Below, piece by piece: positions 1-14,900 of a stretch of DNA of 64,000 bases (the first letter of the stretch is position 1; each line of letters starts with the position of its first letter). A program made the position numbers and the translations under genes. Under the pieces are notes generated by a model, which was not told the origin of the DNA, ran no database searches, and saw only the letters and a program-made list of their open reading frames with translations. The stretch comes from Kudoa neothunni (taxonomy: Eukaryota; Animalia; Cnidaria): positions 900,809-964,808 of the forward strand of contig OZ199838.1 in assembly GCA_964304625.1 (NCBI GenBank), written 5' to 3'.

Positions 1-1365
1 TATATAGAGAAAAAATTTCCACAAAGTTTCATTGGTAAATTTAAAGGGACCCTCTGTTTTAAAGAAATTTATGAATTTTCATTTAATAACTATTAAAGAT
101 CGAATAAATGGTTGGATATCTTCAATTATCTCCATGATATTCTAAAAACTCTTGATTAAAAGTTCGCGAAATATAAAGAAAAGTTCGTATATTGTTGGAT
201 AGATGCCTATCACATCTTTAATTTAATCATAAAAACAAGATATATCATTTTTGTTTCAAAAATAAAATATTTACTGTAGTCGCACGTGTGCGAAACCTCG
301 ATATTGGGAAGTAAAAACTCAGGCCCGATTTAGTGCGCAATTTCAAGAACTTATTGTATGTCATATTCCAACAATTTAAGATTGATTAAAGATTGTTAAG
401 AATCAATAAGACTTAAAAATGAAGGTTTTATGGGAAAAAACCTATGCTTGAACATTGTTGAATTGAGCCAAATCTGTGAATAAATTGGTTTTATGAAGTC
501 ACTGAAAGTTTGTGATTACAAAATCCAATTAATTACATTTTTATATTTTATTACTCATTAAAAGATATATGGCAGTTTGTCTTTACCTAATATTTATTCG
601 TTCATCATGAACATGGTTGTATTTTTACCATAAGATACTATGTTATCGACGTTTCGCTATTTCTGTTAATCAAACATAAACTTAAATTGAATAAATAACG
701 AAAATATTTATCAACAAAATAAATGTAGGTGCCATTTTAACCAGGCACTAATCCAGACTTCGAAGCATTTTTATCCGAAAATTTCGGCCAAAAGTTGTTT
801 TGGATTGCGGTTGCTGAAATTTCGGTTAACGAAATATTTTTATTTAGAATCTATATTATTTTAAAATAAATTTTGCAAAATCAGTGGGATAGCGCAATTT
901 TCGGATAAACGGTGTTCGATTGCGTAATAATTTATTATTAAATTTCTAATGTATTACAAATATGGAAAATGTTATGATAGTCATAGTAATATCACAATCT
1001 CCAATACCATTATAATAATAAACCATAAAGATAATTATATAAACTAAAGTTAGATGGATTTGACATTCTAATCAACGAAAACTTAAATACTTTGAATTTA
1101 TGTTGGGTTAAAGTTAATCTCAATTCCAACAAACTATCTTAATCTATAATTACAGAGTTAAATATGGTTTTTACGTGTAAATGCTCTAGTGTGACTAGGT
1201 TAGAGATAATAATAGTCTCAAAGTTTTATTGATGTGAAAACTTAGGGAAATGCAACATAAAAAAAGAACGCGCAAAGTTGTTTATTTTGTTTACAAGGTC
1301 AAATCCATGTTGCAACTTGTTAGGTTGTGAAGTTCCGGCTAGTTAGACCTTCTCCATATACACTA

Positions 1366-1790
1366 GAGGCACCGCAGCGTCATATTAAGGCGACTTATGT
1401 TTATGTGGTAGTGTGGGATTCTAATCCCATAAAATTAAATATCCTCATTTAGGAGCAACCACAACCCCAACCATACCCTGGACTAACCCAGAATTATTCT
1501 GGAAAAGTCGTCTGAATGCGGGCGTCGGCTCTACAGAAACCCCTACTGGGTTGGATTTCATTCCTGTACCCCGGCGTTTATGAGCGCTCAAGATCTACCC
1601 TTCCACATGGCTCCCTTCCTAGCTGAAAAGCTGCAAGCAAGCCACGATAAATCCTAGATCTTTGAGATTACTACATCCTTCCTACATAATGTCGGATTGG
1701 GAGTACAGGAACGCTTGAACTAGGTTTTGAACTCACAACCTCATGATGTGCGATCTCGACCTAACACCACTATGCCCTATTGTCCAGGCT
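1366..1790 (-). mobile_element. tRNA-derived SINE-like element (family 1)
   Basis: GC-richer island. Minus-strand head agcctggacaatagggcatagtggtgttagg...gagttcaaaacc has A/B-box-like motifs. Colinear homolog at 25555-26520. Confidence 0.7.
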
Positions 1791-2956
1791 ATTCACCAAG
1801 CTCTGCACAATCTACGATAATGGCTGAGGTTGTACTTTTGTTGACTTTTTTTAAACCGATTTACTTAAAAATACTGGTGATCATTCCATATTTTAAAAAT
1901 ATAAACAGATGATTTATTATAAAATCAGAAGGTTTGCACACGCGAAAAAGGTCGAATTTTTGAATGTGTCTACTCCCCTATTACCTTTTATAAGAGTGTT
2001 AATATTTTTGACATTACCCAAGAGCTTCCATACATCGATAATGTGTAAAATATTATCACATTAATACACACGTTTAAGATAACCTTTATTTATGTGCTTT
2101 AAGTGACAATTTCAACAATTTTTTTCCCTTCGAATATAACTAAATATGTTTTTAATGCTTGGTTTGGCTATGTAGTAAATAAAGTTTCATCCAACAGATT
2201 ATATGGAATAAGACTACTTTATAGCTATAAATTTTCACAAAATGTTATCAATTAATTTGTCCTTGAAGTATCTATAAAATTTTTAAATAATCTAATTAAC
2301 TGATTAGGAAAGTGTTAGATTTTTTTTAACTTCTATATTTCATTATGATATGATTGTATTTGCTGTTCTACACAGAGAACTTAATATTTCCAGATGTTAT
2401 ATTCAATTGAATTATCAAAATTATGAGGAAAAATTTTAAAAATTCCAGTTATTAAAAATAAACATAAGAAAGTTTAGCCATTAATTATGAAGATTATTAA
2501 CCTACATTTATACTAGAAATGCAAAAATATATCAAATCCAACATTCGCAATAGTCCTATAAATATATAATTGATATTATTTTGTTGTGTGATTGGAATTT
2601 AAAGTAATATTTAATATTTCTATTAATATAAAAACCTAATAATAGCCAACCTATTCATTTCTTCTTTTTACTTTTTATAACTTATTCGATTTTGTATTAT
2701 CTTAAAAAACATCCATAATCATTTATTGCCTCTAATTTTCACACAGTAATTTTAATGAGCATATTTCTCCAGAAAAAACAAATAAAGTTGTTGTGTATAT
2801 GTAGATGTATTTACAATGTAATAAATATTATATATAGTTGTTAGAATTGTGGATAAATCAAAGGTAAAAATTTTTAATAAAATAAACAAGATTACCCTCA
2901 GATATATACATCTGTTTTTAGTGATAAATTGGTAATCGTCTTACCTGTGTACTCTT

Positions 2957-5900
2957 ATGAAGATGTTGGTGTTTATCATTGGAATAGAACTGGTCTGTTT
3001 CATGTTTTCGAATGTGAATTGCGAACCCAATAATATAGTACTATATAACGAAAAATGCATATTAAAATTATACCAGGTCGCACTATTCATATATGACTCT
3101 GCAGACAACATGTGGGGTTGGTTCATTGACTGTATAGTTGATGAAGCAGGAAGAATGACTACAATAATCGAACGAGGACTAATTCCAACTTATATAAAAT
3201 TACATTGTGTTCGAGGTATCATTACTGTCAAAGGATTAACCTAAATATATCAAGTTTTTGAAAACATACATACTCTAATGGAATCAGTGAGGAGATGTAT
3301 CAATGATATGATCAAAAATTCGGGATTAAGTGGAGAAAACTTAAATTATTTAACGTTACAAATGTTCGGATCGTTCACATTCAATGCTCTTAAGTAATTG
3401 ATATCCTAATTATTTTAAAATATATAAATATGTACACATCATTTCAGATCAAAAATTAAATAAATATATTTGTATATTTTTGGAAATTGATGATAAAATA
3501 ATTCAATTATTTAAATTTAAATTTGATATACGATAAAAATTTTAAACTATTTTAATGTTAATCATGTATTATAATAAATTATACCACAAATTTAACATTA
3601 ATGAATATATTTATATTTGAATCAAAACAAGGAAATATATATTATATATGTATCCGTTACACTTAAATATAAATTTATTTCATTTAATTATAAAATTAGT
3701 TGATTTCACCGACTAACATTTTATAGGAATAAAGATACTTATTTGTTTGAAACAACTAAGAGAGAGTTAAATAATCTATTACAAGAATACAAATATCCAA
3801 AAACATCAAGAAAATTCATATATTATACTCCCATTGAAATGGTGCAACCAATAATGGAATATTTGTTATCCTACACTGATTTTGAAGTATTTAATTAATA
3901 ATTCAATTTCAAAAATACATTTCTAACACTTCGTAATGTAGAAAAATAATGTTAAAGGATTTATTTATATTCATTACACAAGTTTCATATTGTTTTACTA
4001 CACCAAAGACCATCTTGAGACAGCCAGCCAATATATGTCAATGTACACTTATCCGGAAAAATCTGAACAAATGTTTGTGGTTAGTGCTCCATGTATGGGG
4101 ATTTATTTAGCTGAGGTTTTAACTATCAGAAAACTCGTCAAAGTATTTCTTTATCACTGTTATATTTACAAATTAATTACAATTCTCTTAAAAATTTTAT
4201 TGTTTAAATATAAAAATGGTAGTGGCTATTGTCACACTAGTGTATAATACCACGTTGGGGCTATCTATTGCCGCGAAAACGAATTTCTCCGTAACCACAA
4301 GATATTATATATTTTTGTTTATTTATTTTTATTGAGAACTTTTTTAATATAAAAACTAGAATTTTCATATGAAAATTCATTCATCTAATTTTTGATATTA
4401 ACATCGTATAACCCCGTATTTATCATACTTGTTGTAATAGTCACATAATTATTATTAAATGTTTATGATAAAATTATTTACTTAAAAAGTTTATAAAATA
4501 ACCAGTATATATATCTTAAACACAACCTTCGATTCGTAATTCACGAATATGAATCATATAATCGTTGATTGAATTTCGAGTATCTTGGTATTATAGGTTA
4601 AATAGAATAAATTACGCTAGAATGATTCACAAAGCGCGAATAAACATTATTATAATTCATTAATTTAAAATTCAATTTTGTATTTTATTTTTTTTTCCGT
4701 TTCTTCCCGATTGTAGTCATTCTAAAATCCCTTAATCTTCATACTGTTTTAGGCTTTTTAGGAAGTGTAAAATCTGCAAAAAATGTAAGAGACTACACTG
4801 AAAATAAAACTTTAGAATACCAGTAGATTTGATTGATTTTATACTTTCTGATAAATTAATCCATTATGAATTAGTTGGATAAAAATCTTTTATAAAATAA
4901 AAATTTAAATCCTCCACATTTAGCTATTAAGCTCAGTGCACATTTTCTGATAATGTTCTTTATTTCTAACATAAATTATTTTTGAATAATTTCTAGTATC
5001 AAATCTCTTAATACACATGTGATATTATTTGCTTAAAGCAATATGTACCACTCAAAAATGTTCAAAGCGTGAAATTTACATATAATTAGTTTTGTATTTA
5101 GAGAATTATTTTTCAAGACTTTTGAGAGTTTCAAATTTTTTCTGGTAATTAAAGAAAGTGTTTTCTCTTCTATCGATGACAGAATAGATTGTAATTCATT
5201 AATATATTAATTTATAATTACTTTTTTTGTAAATAATACATGCACTATTTTTACGGCTCTTTCCAGAGAAAATCGTTTACTAAAGGTATCGGAGAACACT
5301 AAAGAATATTTAATAAAATTGAGAGTTTAAAAAATAAATAGTAATATTGAGTTCTTTATCTTGATACCAGTAATCTTTAGGTTGTATCAACAGAAGTAGT
5401 TCTAGCCAAAAGAAAAAAACTTTTTCATTTCATCTCATCCTCTATAAGTATTGTTTTACCAAGCCGATTTGCATCTCCAGTAAGAATTCTAACATCACAG
5501 TTACGATCTAGAGTTAAAATCATATTAAAATAGTTGATTTTATTACGTAAGAAAGATGAATTTTTCATAGAATGTATGGAATTGAGCGTAATTATTACAT
5601 CAGTTTAATATTTTATTTTAGACTGCAGAACCTTTTCATTAGCAAGCATACAAATTAATTTACTATTGCGGTCTAATTTAATTTGTGGGAGTACACTCGA
5701 AGAAAACCTGACTTCTTCTGTGGTTATGAGCTAGGTGTAAAAATTTTAAATTTAGTTTTTTTCTATAAGAACCGATTCCTATAATAATAATATGAGTTTG
5801 ACAGATGCGTCATAAAGTTTTAGCCTCTCTTACATCCCTTGGTCAATTACAAAAATGGTTGCCAAGATAACAAATATACTAAATATAACAATATTTTTAT

Positions 5901-8900
5901 TCCTCAGAAAATTTTTTGGACGAGAACACGTTTGATATCATTAACTTTTTAAATCTTTATCTATCATGTTACATAATGATGTTTTTTCGTGTGACTTTAA
6001 AAAAATTTCTAGCTGATGAAACAAGATAAATCTTCTCTCTACTTAAACGTAAAACATATTATTCGGTGCTGCTTTATATCATTTATTATTCTAACATATT
6101 ATAATTATCTTTAAAAAATTCACAATAATGAGAAAATAGTTTTGATTATTTATAATCATTAATACTAAATATAAAATAAACATAATTTATAATTATAAGT
6201 ATTTCAAGTATTGTGAGTTTATTTTCATAACACTTTTACATGCTTTTTCAGGTTTATCTATTTAAAGTACCCTATAAGATCAGGTAAAATATCTTTTAAC
6301 GATCAAAACAAAATGTATAAAGATGCACATACAGTTTGTGTACTTATAATGGATCTAATTAAGTTATGACGATTTGAGGATGGATCATAGAATTAATACT
6401 CAAAACAGTCTAGAAATAGTCAATTGTGATAAAATAAAACCGAAAATATTTCAACAGTCACTTTGTGTGTATAAATAAACAGATATTTTAGATTTTTAAG
6501 TCACCGATTTTTATCGTAAAATCTATACGGTAAATTTAAAAGCGAAAATTCAAAATATAATAGATAAAAATATGTTTAAGTGGTAACAAAATTATAGATC
6601 CATGCATCCTCAGAATTAGGAGAAATTCGTTTTTTTGACAATAGGCATTTCCGACATTGGATTATACGCTGGGCTGGTAATAGCCACTGCCTATAAGTAT
6701 ATTAAAATGACGGAGCATGTTTGCAAAATTTAGGGAGATAGGAAATGAGCTATATTTTAAAACTGATCAAAAAAATAATATTCAATTTAAATAATCGACA
6801 CTGTTATTATTAAAATGTATTATGCTTATTAGACCAAATCCTGATATAAGTATTGTCTGATTTCTTCCAGTAACGTGTTAATATGATTGCATGATTCGAT
6901 AAATTTATGGAAAATATTCCTATGTATTTTTCACTTTTTTGATTATTGCAAGATTAAGAAAACTCATATTGCTATATTAAACACAAACATAAAATCCTCG
7001 TTATGCATTAGGAGAGGCATATTCATTTTCCATTCAACATATTCAACTCGAACATTGATTTTATGAAATTTTTTTAAATTCAGTAGGTGATCGATTTTCC
7101 GTAATCCCATAGGTACCAGAGAAAGGTTATTGAAAATGCATCTCTGACCGATTTTACGTATTTTTTTATGCGTACGCGGGAAAATAAAATAATTTGTATT
7201 ACGCAATATAATTAAGTTCTTAATTACTAAAGCTTAGAGAGATTTTTTTCAATAAATTAATGAAAATTTGGTGACTATACATTTAGATCGCTATCGTTTT
7301 AAATAATGCGGTTTTCGAACGAAATACTTCTGTAGTTGGACTTTGAAAAATAAATTATTTTTTCATTGAGAGATAACAGTTAACATAATATTTTTAAAAA
7401 TGTAAGAATGATGTTATATAATTTAGTTTCAATGTTGAAAATTGAGCTACATAGACTTACATATAAATTGTTAGCAATATTTCTGAAATTACTATTTAAA
7501 CAGATTAGGTATATTTTAAACTAGAACAAAAGCCTCATTCGCTTGGGCTTCCTTGCCCAGCCAAATAGACTAAAGCCTTGATTAGGCCAAGGTCATTTGA
7601 AGTTAAAAGTAAATTAAGAGTATTTAGATAAATAATACAAAGATTACCCAATTAACTGATGATTTATTTAACTCATTGGACGCATGAACATTATTTAATC
7701 TTTTTAAAACCAAATAAACACTACTGAGCGTTTAAAATTTATCATTTAATGCTCAAAAAATATCGATTTTTATAGTAATTTCTAAATCATACCATATGAA
7801 TAAGACTAATCTTGTTAAACATTAATAAATGGATTTCATATTAATGTTGAGCTATATAACCTAATATAAACTTCATTATTTGAAATAATTTAATTATTAA
7901 ATTACCTTTAAATAATTTTAAAGTAAAATTAACAGTATGGTACGTTTATAATTAACTTTTTAAAACTTTACCGAAATGATCTATATGTTTGCGTAAATCC
8001 TCAAATCATACGAATAATTACACGGGAAAATGTTTTTTGTCATTTTGTCGAATAAAAAATTTTACTAATTTTTTACGTATTTTTCTGTGTGAAATAAAAT
8101 TTTATCTTTCCGTATGTATGCTCAAATGGAGCGATATGTCTCTCTATAATGAATGAAAAATGCGTACACACTGACACACACACGGATTACCGGTTCATTT
8201 TATATAGTAGATGTTTCGTCATCATTCTTGCATTCTTATTTTACACATATTAAATGGATAAATTTTTACTGTCGTTCAATATCGTAAATGTATAAACTCC
8301 GCATGCCAGTGGCTCTAACATCCCTATGAGTGTAAACTACGGGCTTGTGGTGCTGGATTCGATCATGATAAAAAATAATTTTTACGAAATATTGATTCAA
8401 TTACATCTTACCGTATGTAAGCGTGTGCTAATTTCTTTTAGTCAACAAATGGGGATGCGAGTCCTATTTTAATTGGGAAGGGCTGTTGCATGATATAATC
8501 TGAATAGGATACGTCATTAACCCTCTAACGTTCATAAAGACGACCTACCTTAAAAGTCATTTGGGTTGGAATCGACACCACATTTTTATTTTATTTTACT
8601 TTAGACAAAAATATTTTGTATCGTTTTATAAAATATTTAAGAAATCTATCGAGGAAGTTAGGAGTAAATTTATGTTTACTAATCCATTACTCATCGATAA
8701 TCCGTTAATGTACAGATTCAGACAACTTCTCAAAATATCGCTAATATTACATACGGGGGAAGTGGCGGCAATATTGTGAAATGAGATTCATCTATACAAA
8801 CCAATTTAATAATACTAGTTATTACTATTTTAACGAAATTTTACTAAAGTTAAAACAAACATAAAAGGTAGCTTTATGACTTTGTACACATAAAAAAATA

Positions 8901-11900
8901 CCGCATTTAAACTTTCAACCATAACATAACACTACTTACGTAATATATTATTTCCCGAAGTTTATTTTTTTCGATTTTGAACACACTTAATGAAACGTCT
9001 AACGAACTGATCAATGCAATAATGGTGATTGAATAATCAGCGTATAACAACAATCAAACATTGATTTTACACTCAATGTGGTATAGATTATTGAGCGAGG
9101 TGAAGAGTTAAAAAGACTGTCTATTTTGACGGAACAAATTTTTCTCCTAGAATATTAATTCAATCATTATCATTTTATTAAATATCTGTTACAAATGCTG
9201 AATACATATTTAGTTTTATTTATTTTTTGGTTGACACTCTGGAAACCAAATATATCGAGGATTTTCCTAGTTCTCGTTAAGTGTCAATAGAGAATACTTT
9301 AAGTTTACAATGAAGCAGTGTATATTTCCCTAATAAAGTTAATTGCATGTAGTATAACGCCATAAACGAATAAAATGACCTTTAAAAAACAACTGTAATG
9401 TTGATAGTACCTAGTTCAATCATTATGGGAGGATAGTCTGGCCAAACGCTACTAATGTAAGATATCACACCGGACATAAAAGTGGGCGATGCATTCCCAC
9501 ACTTTTGAAAGACTAAAGAATCAATGAATATGTAATAAAAGCGGGGGCACTTTTGTTACTGGGTCGGGTATTCCATAAAATATCCAACAATAGATATTTT
9601 GCAATGGATTTTCTAGTTTATTTATCAAGTATGAGGATTGAGTGGGAGGGATGGTAAAGTAGTTAAGGAGTTAACAACACAAACTGTTGAAAAATTTAAC
9701 TCGAACGTTAAAATAAGATATAACACATCGTTAAAGTATATGTATACAATATTATGCAGGTTAAAATAGATAATTAAATCGAATAAAATTCCAATAGTTG
9801 CACATGCTGCTTTTACATAAGTAAAAATTTACCATGTAAACATATTATCTCTATTAGAAAGAAAACGAATATTGATTCTTATGACAAAAAGATTGTCATA
9901 TGACGTGATACGAGAAACATTACGTATTATTTATTCAAATGATTATAGATATACATATTCAGAATCATTTGGGTTTTGTGCGGCCAGAAAATACTGAAAT
10001 TTCAAGCTAATGCTATTCTCCGAATTCTACATTTAATCGATATAGGAAGCTAAAATTCTCTGTAAGAAAATAATATCATTAAGTTCTGAGAAAATGGGAC
10101 TTAATATGATTTAGTAAACAAGATTTTTGATGAATTATTCTTGCTCAGTTATTCCACTATTCATATATCAACATAATTCAGTCCAACTTAACATTTGACT
10201 CTATTTTCAGCAACAATCAAGAAATTAAGATCGAAAATGTCATGAGAGTGTCTAGTAAAAGTTTAAGTTACATTTCCTTACTGAGGAATCATGACCGGAG
10301 CGGGTGGATATACAGGAGGCAATTCGAGAAAATGACACATAAATAACTGATATGGAAATCTTAGATATCGTGAATGATTCTACAGTTAAATATCCATCTT
10401 TCATAGTTATGTGAATTTCATCCATGTTGCGAAATTCACAAAATTATAGGAATAAGGTCCCCAACAGATATAAATTCAAGAAATAGACAAAAAGATGTCA
10501 GTTATGAATGTTGGAAACAATTTTTTATTATAATGATGATAATAATATAACAAAGTCTATATATATGATTCAAATATAAGTATATATGAAGTTACACAGT
10601 AACAATTGTTTACGAATTAATGAGTAGAAAGTTCAATATTTTATTCAAATGTAGTGATGTATAAAGCATTCCGTGGGAAAATTTATCTTATTGTAAGAAT
10701 TGTAAAAAGTGAATGGGTCAAATAGTTGTACAACATCTTGTTGTCATTTGGATTCTATTAATAACAATTAGCTTTGTTAAAGTATGTCCTCGAACTAATA
10801 AAGCTAAATTTGTATTCTGCATTTATAACAGATATTTTTGGATAAAAATAATAATGATTGAATTATAATTCTAGGAAAAAAAACGCATCCGGCCAAATAG
10901 ACACAGCCTCAAAAAAGTATTTTCTGCGCTTGTTCTTGATGTAGATCTTTTTGTAAGATTCTAAACCAACCCATATTTGTGAATAAATGAATTATTGTAC
11001 AGTCCAACTGAGTTGTACGTAATGAGTCGGGGAATTGAGTCTCGTCATGTACAATCGTTACGTCGCGTACGAGCCATGTTTTTGATTAATTTTTTTATGG
11101 TGATGTTTGCTTTTTTATTTTTATCATAGTTAAGAGTGTTCCCTTTATTATAAGTAAGAATTAGAAATTTCAAATTCGGTTTTGTGGAAAAAATGGCGAT
11201 CACGTACGACACCTGTTGCATTGTATACACTCAGATCGTTGTCATCAGTTTCTTGAGAGATCCTCAATTATAACATCCTCATATTCACTACCAGAAGACT
11301 AATCGTTATGGAATAAAAAATTAAATTTAGAATCTATAGATATTATCTCGATACTAAATTACTACTGATGGAAAAATATATTTTATATTATCCGATGCAA
11401 TCGTTCGCCGAAATCGCACACAAGCAATGTTCGATCAGGTTGCATATGATTTGTTCAAGGGGTATGACAAATTTTTGCCTAAGCCCGCGCTGGGGTAAAT
11501 ATGAATTTATTGAGACAATTAACTACGTGAACACAGATATAACAAAATGGATAATATCGCGAATGTAAATTTTTTCATTCATGAACTAAAAAAACTCAAC
11601 ATAGTATATCATGTAGAGTTTTTTACATCAAAAATATTTCTTCACTTGAGTTTCCTCCTAATGATTTCGTCGAGAATGTGTTAATAAATTTGTGCGACAA
11701 ATCAAGTAAATTTAAAAATGTCAATATACATCATTTCCTAGAATATTCTAACAAAATCTATATTAAAAAGAATAAATACCACATTGAATTGTGGAATGCT
11801 TATGATCAAATGTTTAATAATATAAAACTTACCTCCAAAAATTCCGAAATTTTGAAAAGGCTTTTCTATTCCCGCCTGAACAAGCTCATTTGGTATAAAT

Positions 11901-14900
11901 GATATTTCGTATAAACTTAAAAACCTAACAAATTTCTACTGGGCAGGAAATAATTTTCCAATTGTGTAATCCTACCAATGATCCATAATGTAATGTATCA
12001 CTAAAAATAATTAACATGAAAAGCATGCCAAAATTATCACTCATATTATGATTGATTCTTTCTTTAAGCCGTTGCAACTATGGCTAGCTAGAAACCAAAA
12101 TAATAATGAATTATAATACCTAAGTTTTATATATAATATCTATCTTGAACCATTATTCATTTGTGTTTTTTACTGTCACATATGCGCCGGCAAACTTTTG
12201 CCTGAAGCCAAGGTTTTCTTTGCATACCAATTAATCCCAAAGGTATTTAGAAAATGGTGATTTTGTCGATTCAAAGTTTGTTAAACGGATTACCCGGTTA
12301 CAACAATATGATTAACATCTGCTTATGTCGTGGTAATGATTGGATGAGGTTAACTTTGCTCTTTATATGCTTTATCAAATTTCAATTAAGCGATACCATC
12401 TGACTTTTTATATAATGTCGGCATGTATATTTTTGCTTATATGCGTATACCATTCATATGTGGGGAATTTTAACGTATTTGACATGATAAACACATCTTG
12501 AAGGTTCTATTAATAGTTTAAGATATGGCAAAAAGTTTATGTTTGCATCATTAATAATATATTCATAGAGCATGCTATAAGTAGATAGATTAAATCTCTA
12601 GAATAAAAGCATTTTTAAGGTAGATTTTATAGAAACCATCCGCAACGTTGAACGCTCAGTGATTAAATTCGATGCAGATGGTTGTATGTATACATCATCC
12701 GTCTATTCAGACACTGGTTATTGACACGGAAGTCGATTTCTCCTAATACAGTCAATACTTTAGAAAAATATTTTATAAATATTCAATTTTGATTTTTTTC
12801 TACTAAATAAATTAAAATCAAAAAAGTTTTAAGAATTCAATATTTTGAGGGATAATTGGTCTGATACGTAAGTGCCCACATATGTCATTAATTAAAGCAG
12901 TATTAGATTTATAAATATAAGAATCTTCTCTGACTTAATTTTTATAGTTTAACCACCATTGCACTGGTCCATGTGTTACGCAAATTGATCCAAATTAAAG
13001 TTAGCGACTCGACTAAAGAGTATACGGATTTTTATTTTTTGCGGAAATTTTAATCTTTTGGAGAGTATTAGTCATTTACAAAAGATCAAGGGGACATTCG
13101 TAAGTAATTCCAAATATTCATGAGTAAAGAAGGATCGAATCAATAAAGAACCGTATCAACAAGTTTGGTAAAGATACTGTAATATTGTGAAGATATGTAT
13201 ACGTGCCATTATTGTGTTCAAAATATAAATAAATAAATGATATTGAGCAAGAAATTTATTAAAGAAGGATTTCCCTTAAGAATTACATTAGGGGTAAGTT
13301 TAGACGGAAATTTCCATGAAGTCAATTCACGCAATGGTGTCTGAATCATTCCCCAAATTTCATGGATTTATAACAACTTGTCCAGTCAAAGGAAATTTAA
13401 TTTTCATGACGAATATTCGTCTGACATAATTACTCTAAGGGCAAATAAAAAAATTATTCAAGCCAACGTCAATAATGTCTAATGTCACTTGGAAAAATAT
13501 TCCACCAAAATCACCTCTAACATAAAAAAACCCTCACAAATTATATCTGGTGACATCAATAGGTCGTTAACATTTTGATGAAAGAATATAACTATACGGT
13601 GAGTGTCTCGCATGACGACATTAATAATTTGTGTATAATTTTTTTTCATTGATAAACGAATGATAAATACACTGGGTATCTTTCTGGACTCATTGATGGT
13701 CGATGTGACATATAAATTGTTGGATTCAAGGGAACCCTAATCAGATTTGTTTTATACATTAATCAGCATATCTTTGTTTATTTCTGTTGCTGAAGATTCC
13801 AATGAATAGTCACATATGACCAGTACATGTATTCTATATGGTGAAACACAGGAAACCTTAAAATGGTATGTAACCCAAATAATAAACATATTGCCAAATT
13901 TAACTCCAGTATCCTAACTACTATTCCTGACAAGCACTATATTTTAGGAAGTTGTGTCCAAATTCCAAATTAATGACGTGTATTTCACGTTTCGCGAAAT
14001 TTAAGACGTTGAGAAATTATTTCAGAGGATAAAATCAAAAAAACTAAGAGGGATCATTTACTACCAATTCTTAATATTATTACGAATTCAAAAAATATGG
14101 ATAATAACGATAACCTACGTTAGAATCATTAAAAATAAAGAAACCGAAGGTTTATTTACCACATTAAACAAAACTTTGAGACAATCGCTAATAAAAGGGT
14201 TTTATTTTAAAAACTTTTTATTTCTGTGTTGACTTTTAAATCTGCGAAGCTACATCGTTAGTTGCTGGAAAAATTAAATTACGTATTTTCATTATTATTA
14301 CGAGATAATTGTTTGAAGAAAATGTTATATTTAAAAAAATGTGATAAAATTCATAAAATTCTGTAAAATTTGGATTGGATCCATACCATAACGCACGGAT
14401 TGCCTAGGAAGGGCACATTTCTGATGTTATGTATGTATGCAGGCACCGATAATTATTCCAATCTATGTCATAGGAATAACAGAAAATGGTAGGAATAATA
14501 TGAATATTGTTTTAAACCCCAATTAAACAGTTATTGATTGAAATATTGAATTTTTCAGTGTATTTTTTGTTTGTTTTAACAAAGCAAAACCTGTAGCGCA
14601 AATTATTAGGTTGTGGAATTTTGGTTGGTCATACCTCTTCCATTAACGCTTTAGGCACCACAGGACATAACACAAAACTCTGCCCCTTATCTTTATGCGG
14701 TAATGTGGGACTTTAACCCATTAAACATCATCTTCTCAGGGCGACCACCATCCCAAACCCTATCCCTTTAAGGACGTTGGCACTGTGAGGGTTGCAAATT
14801 ACTTGCCTTTCGACGGGTTCCTGAGATTCAACCTCCTATTCACGCGAATTTGGCTGCTAGTCCATCCAACTACACAGAAATCGTACACTTTAACCACAGC

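Noticed and set aside
1700-1790. tRNA-like sequence
   Set aside because: No clean cloverleaf; it is the head of a dispersed SINE-like repeat.
8150-8215. Helitron/DINE-like ends with (GT)n tracts (also ~15700 and ~16500)
   Set aside because: Too fragmentary to pair 5' and 3' termini with confidence.
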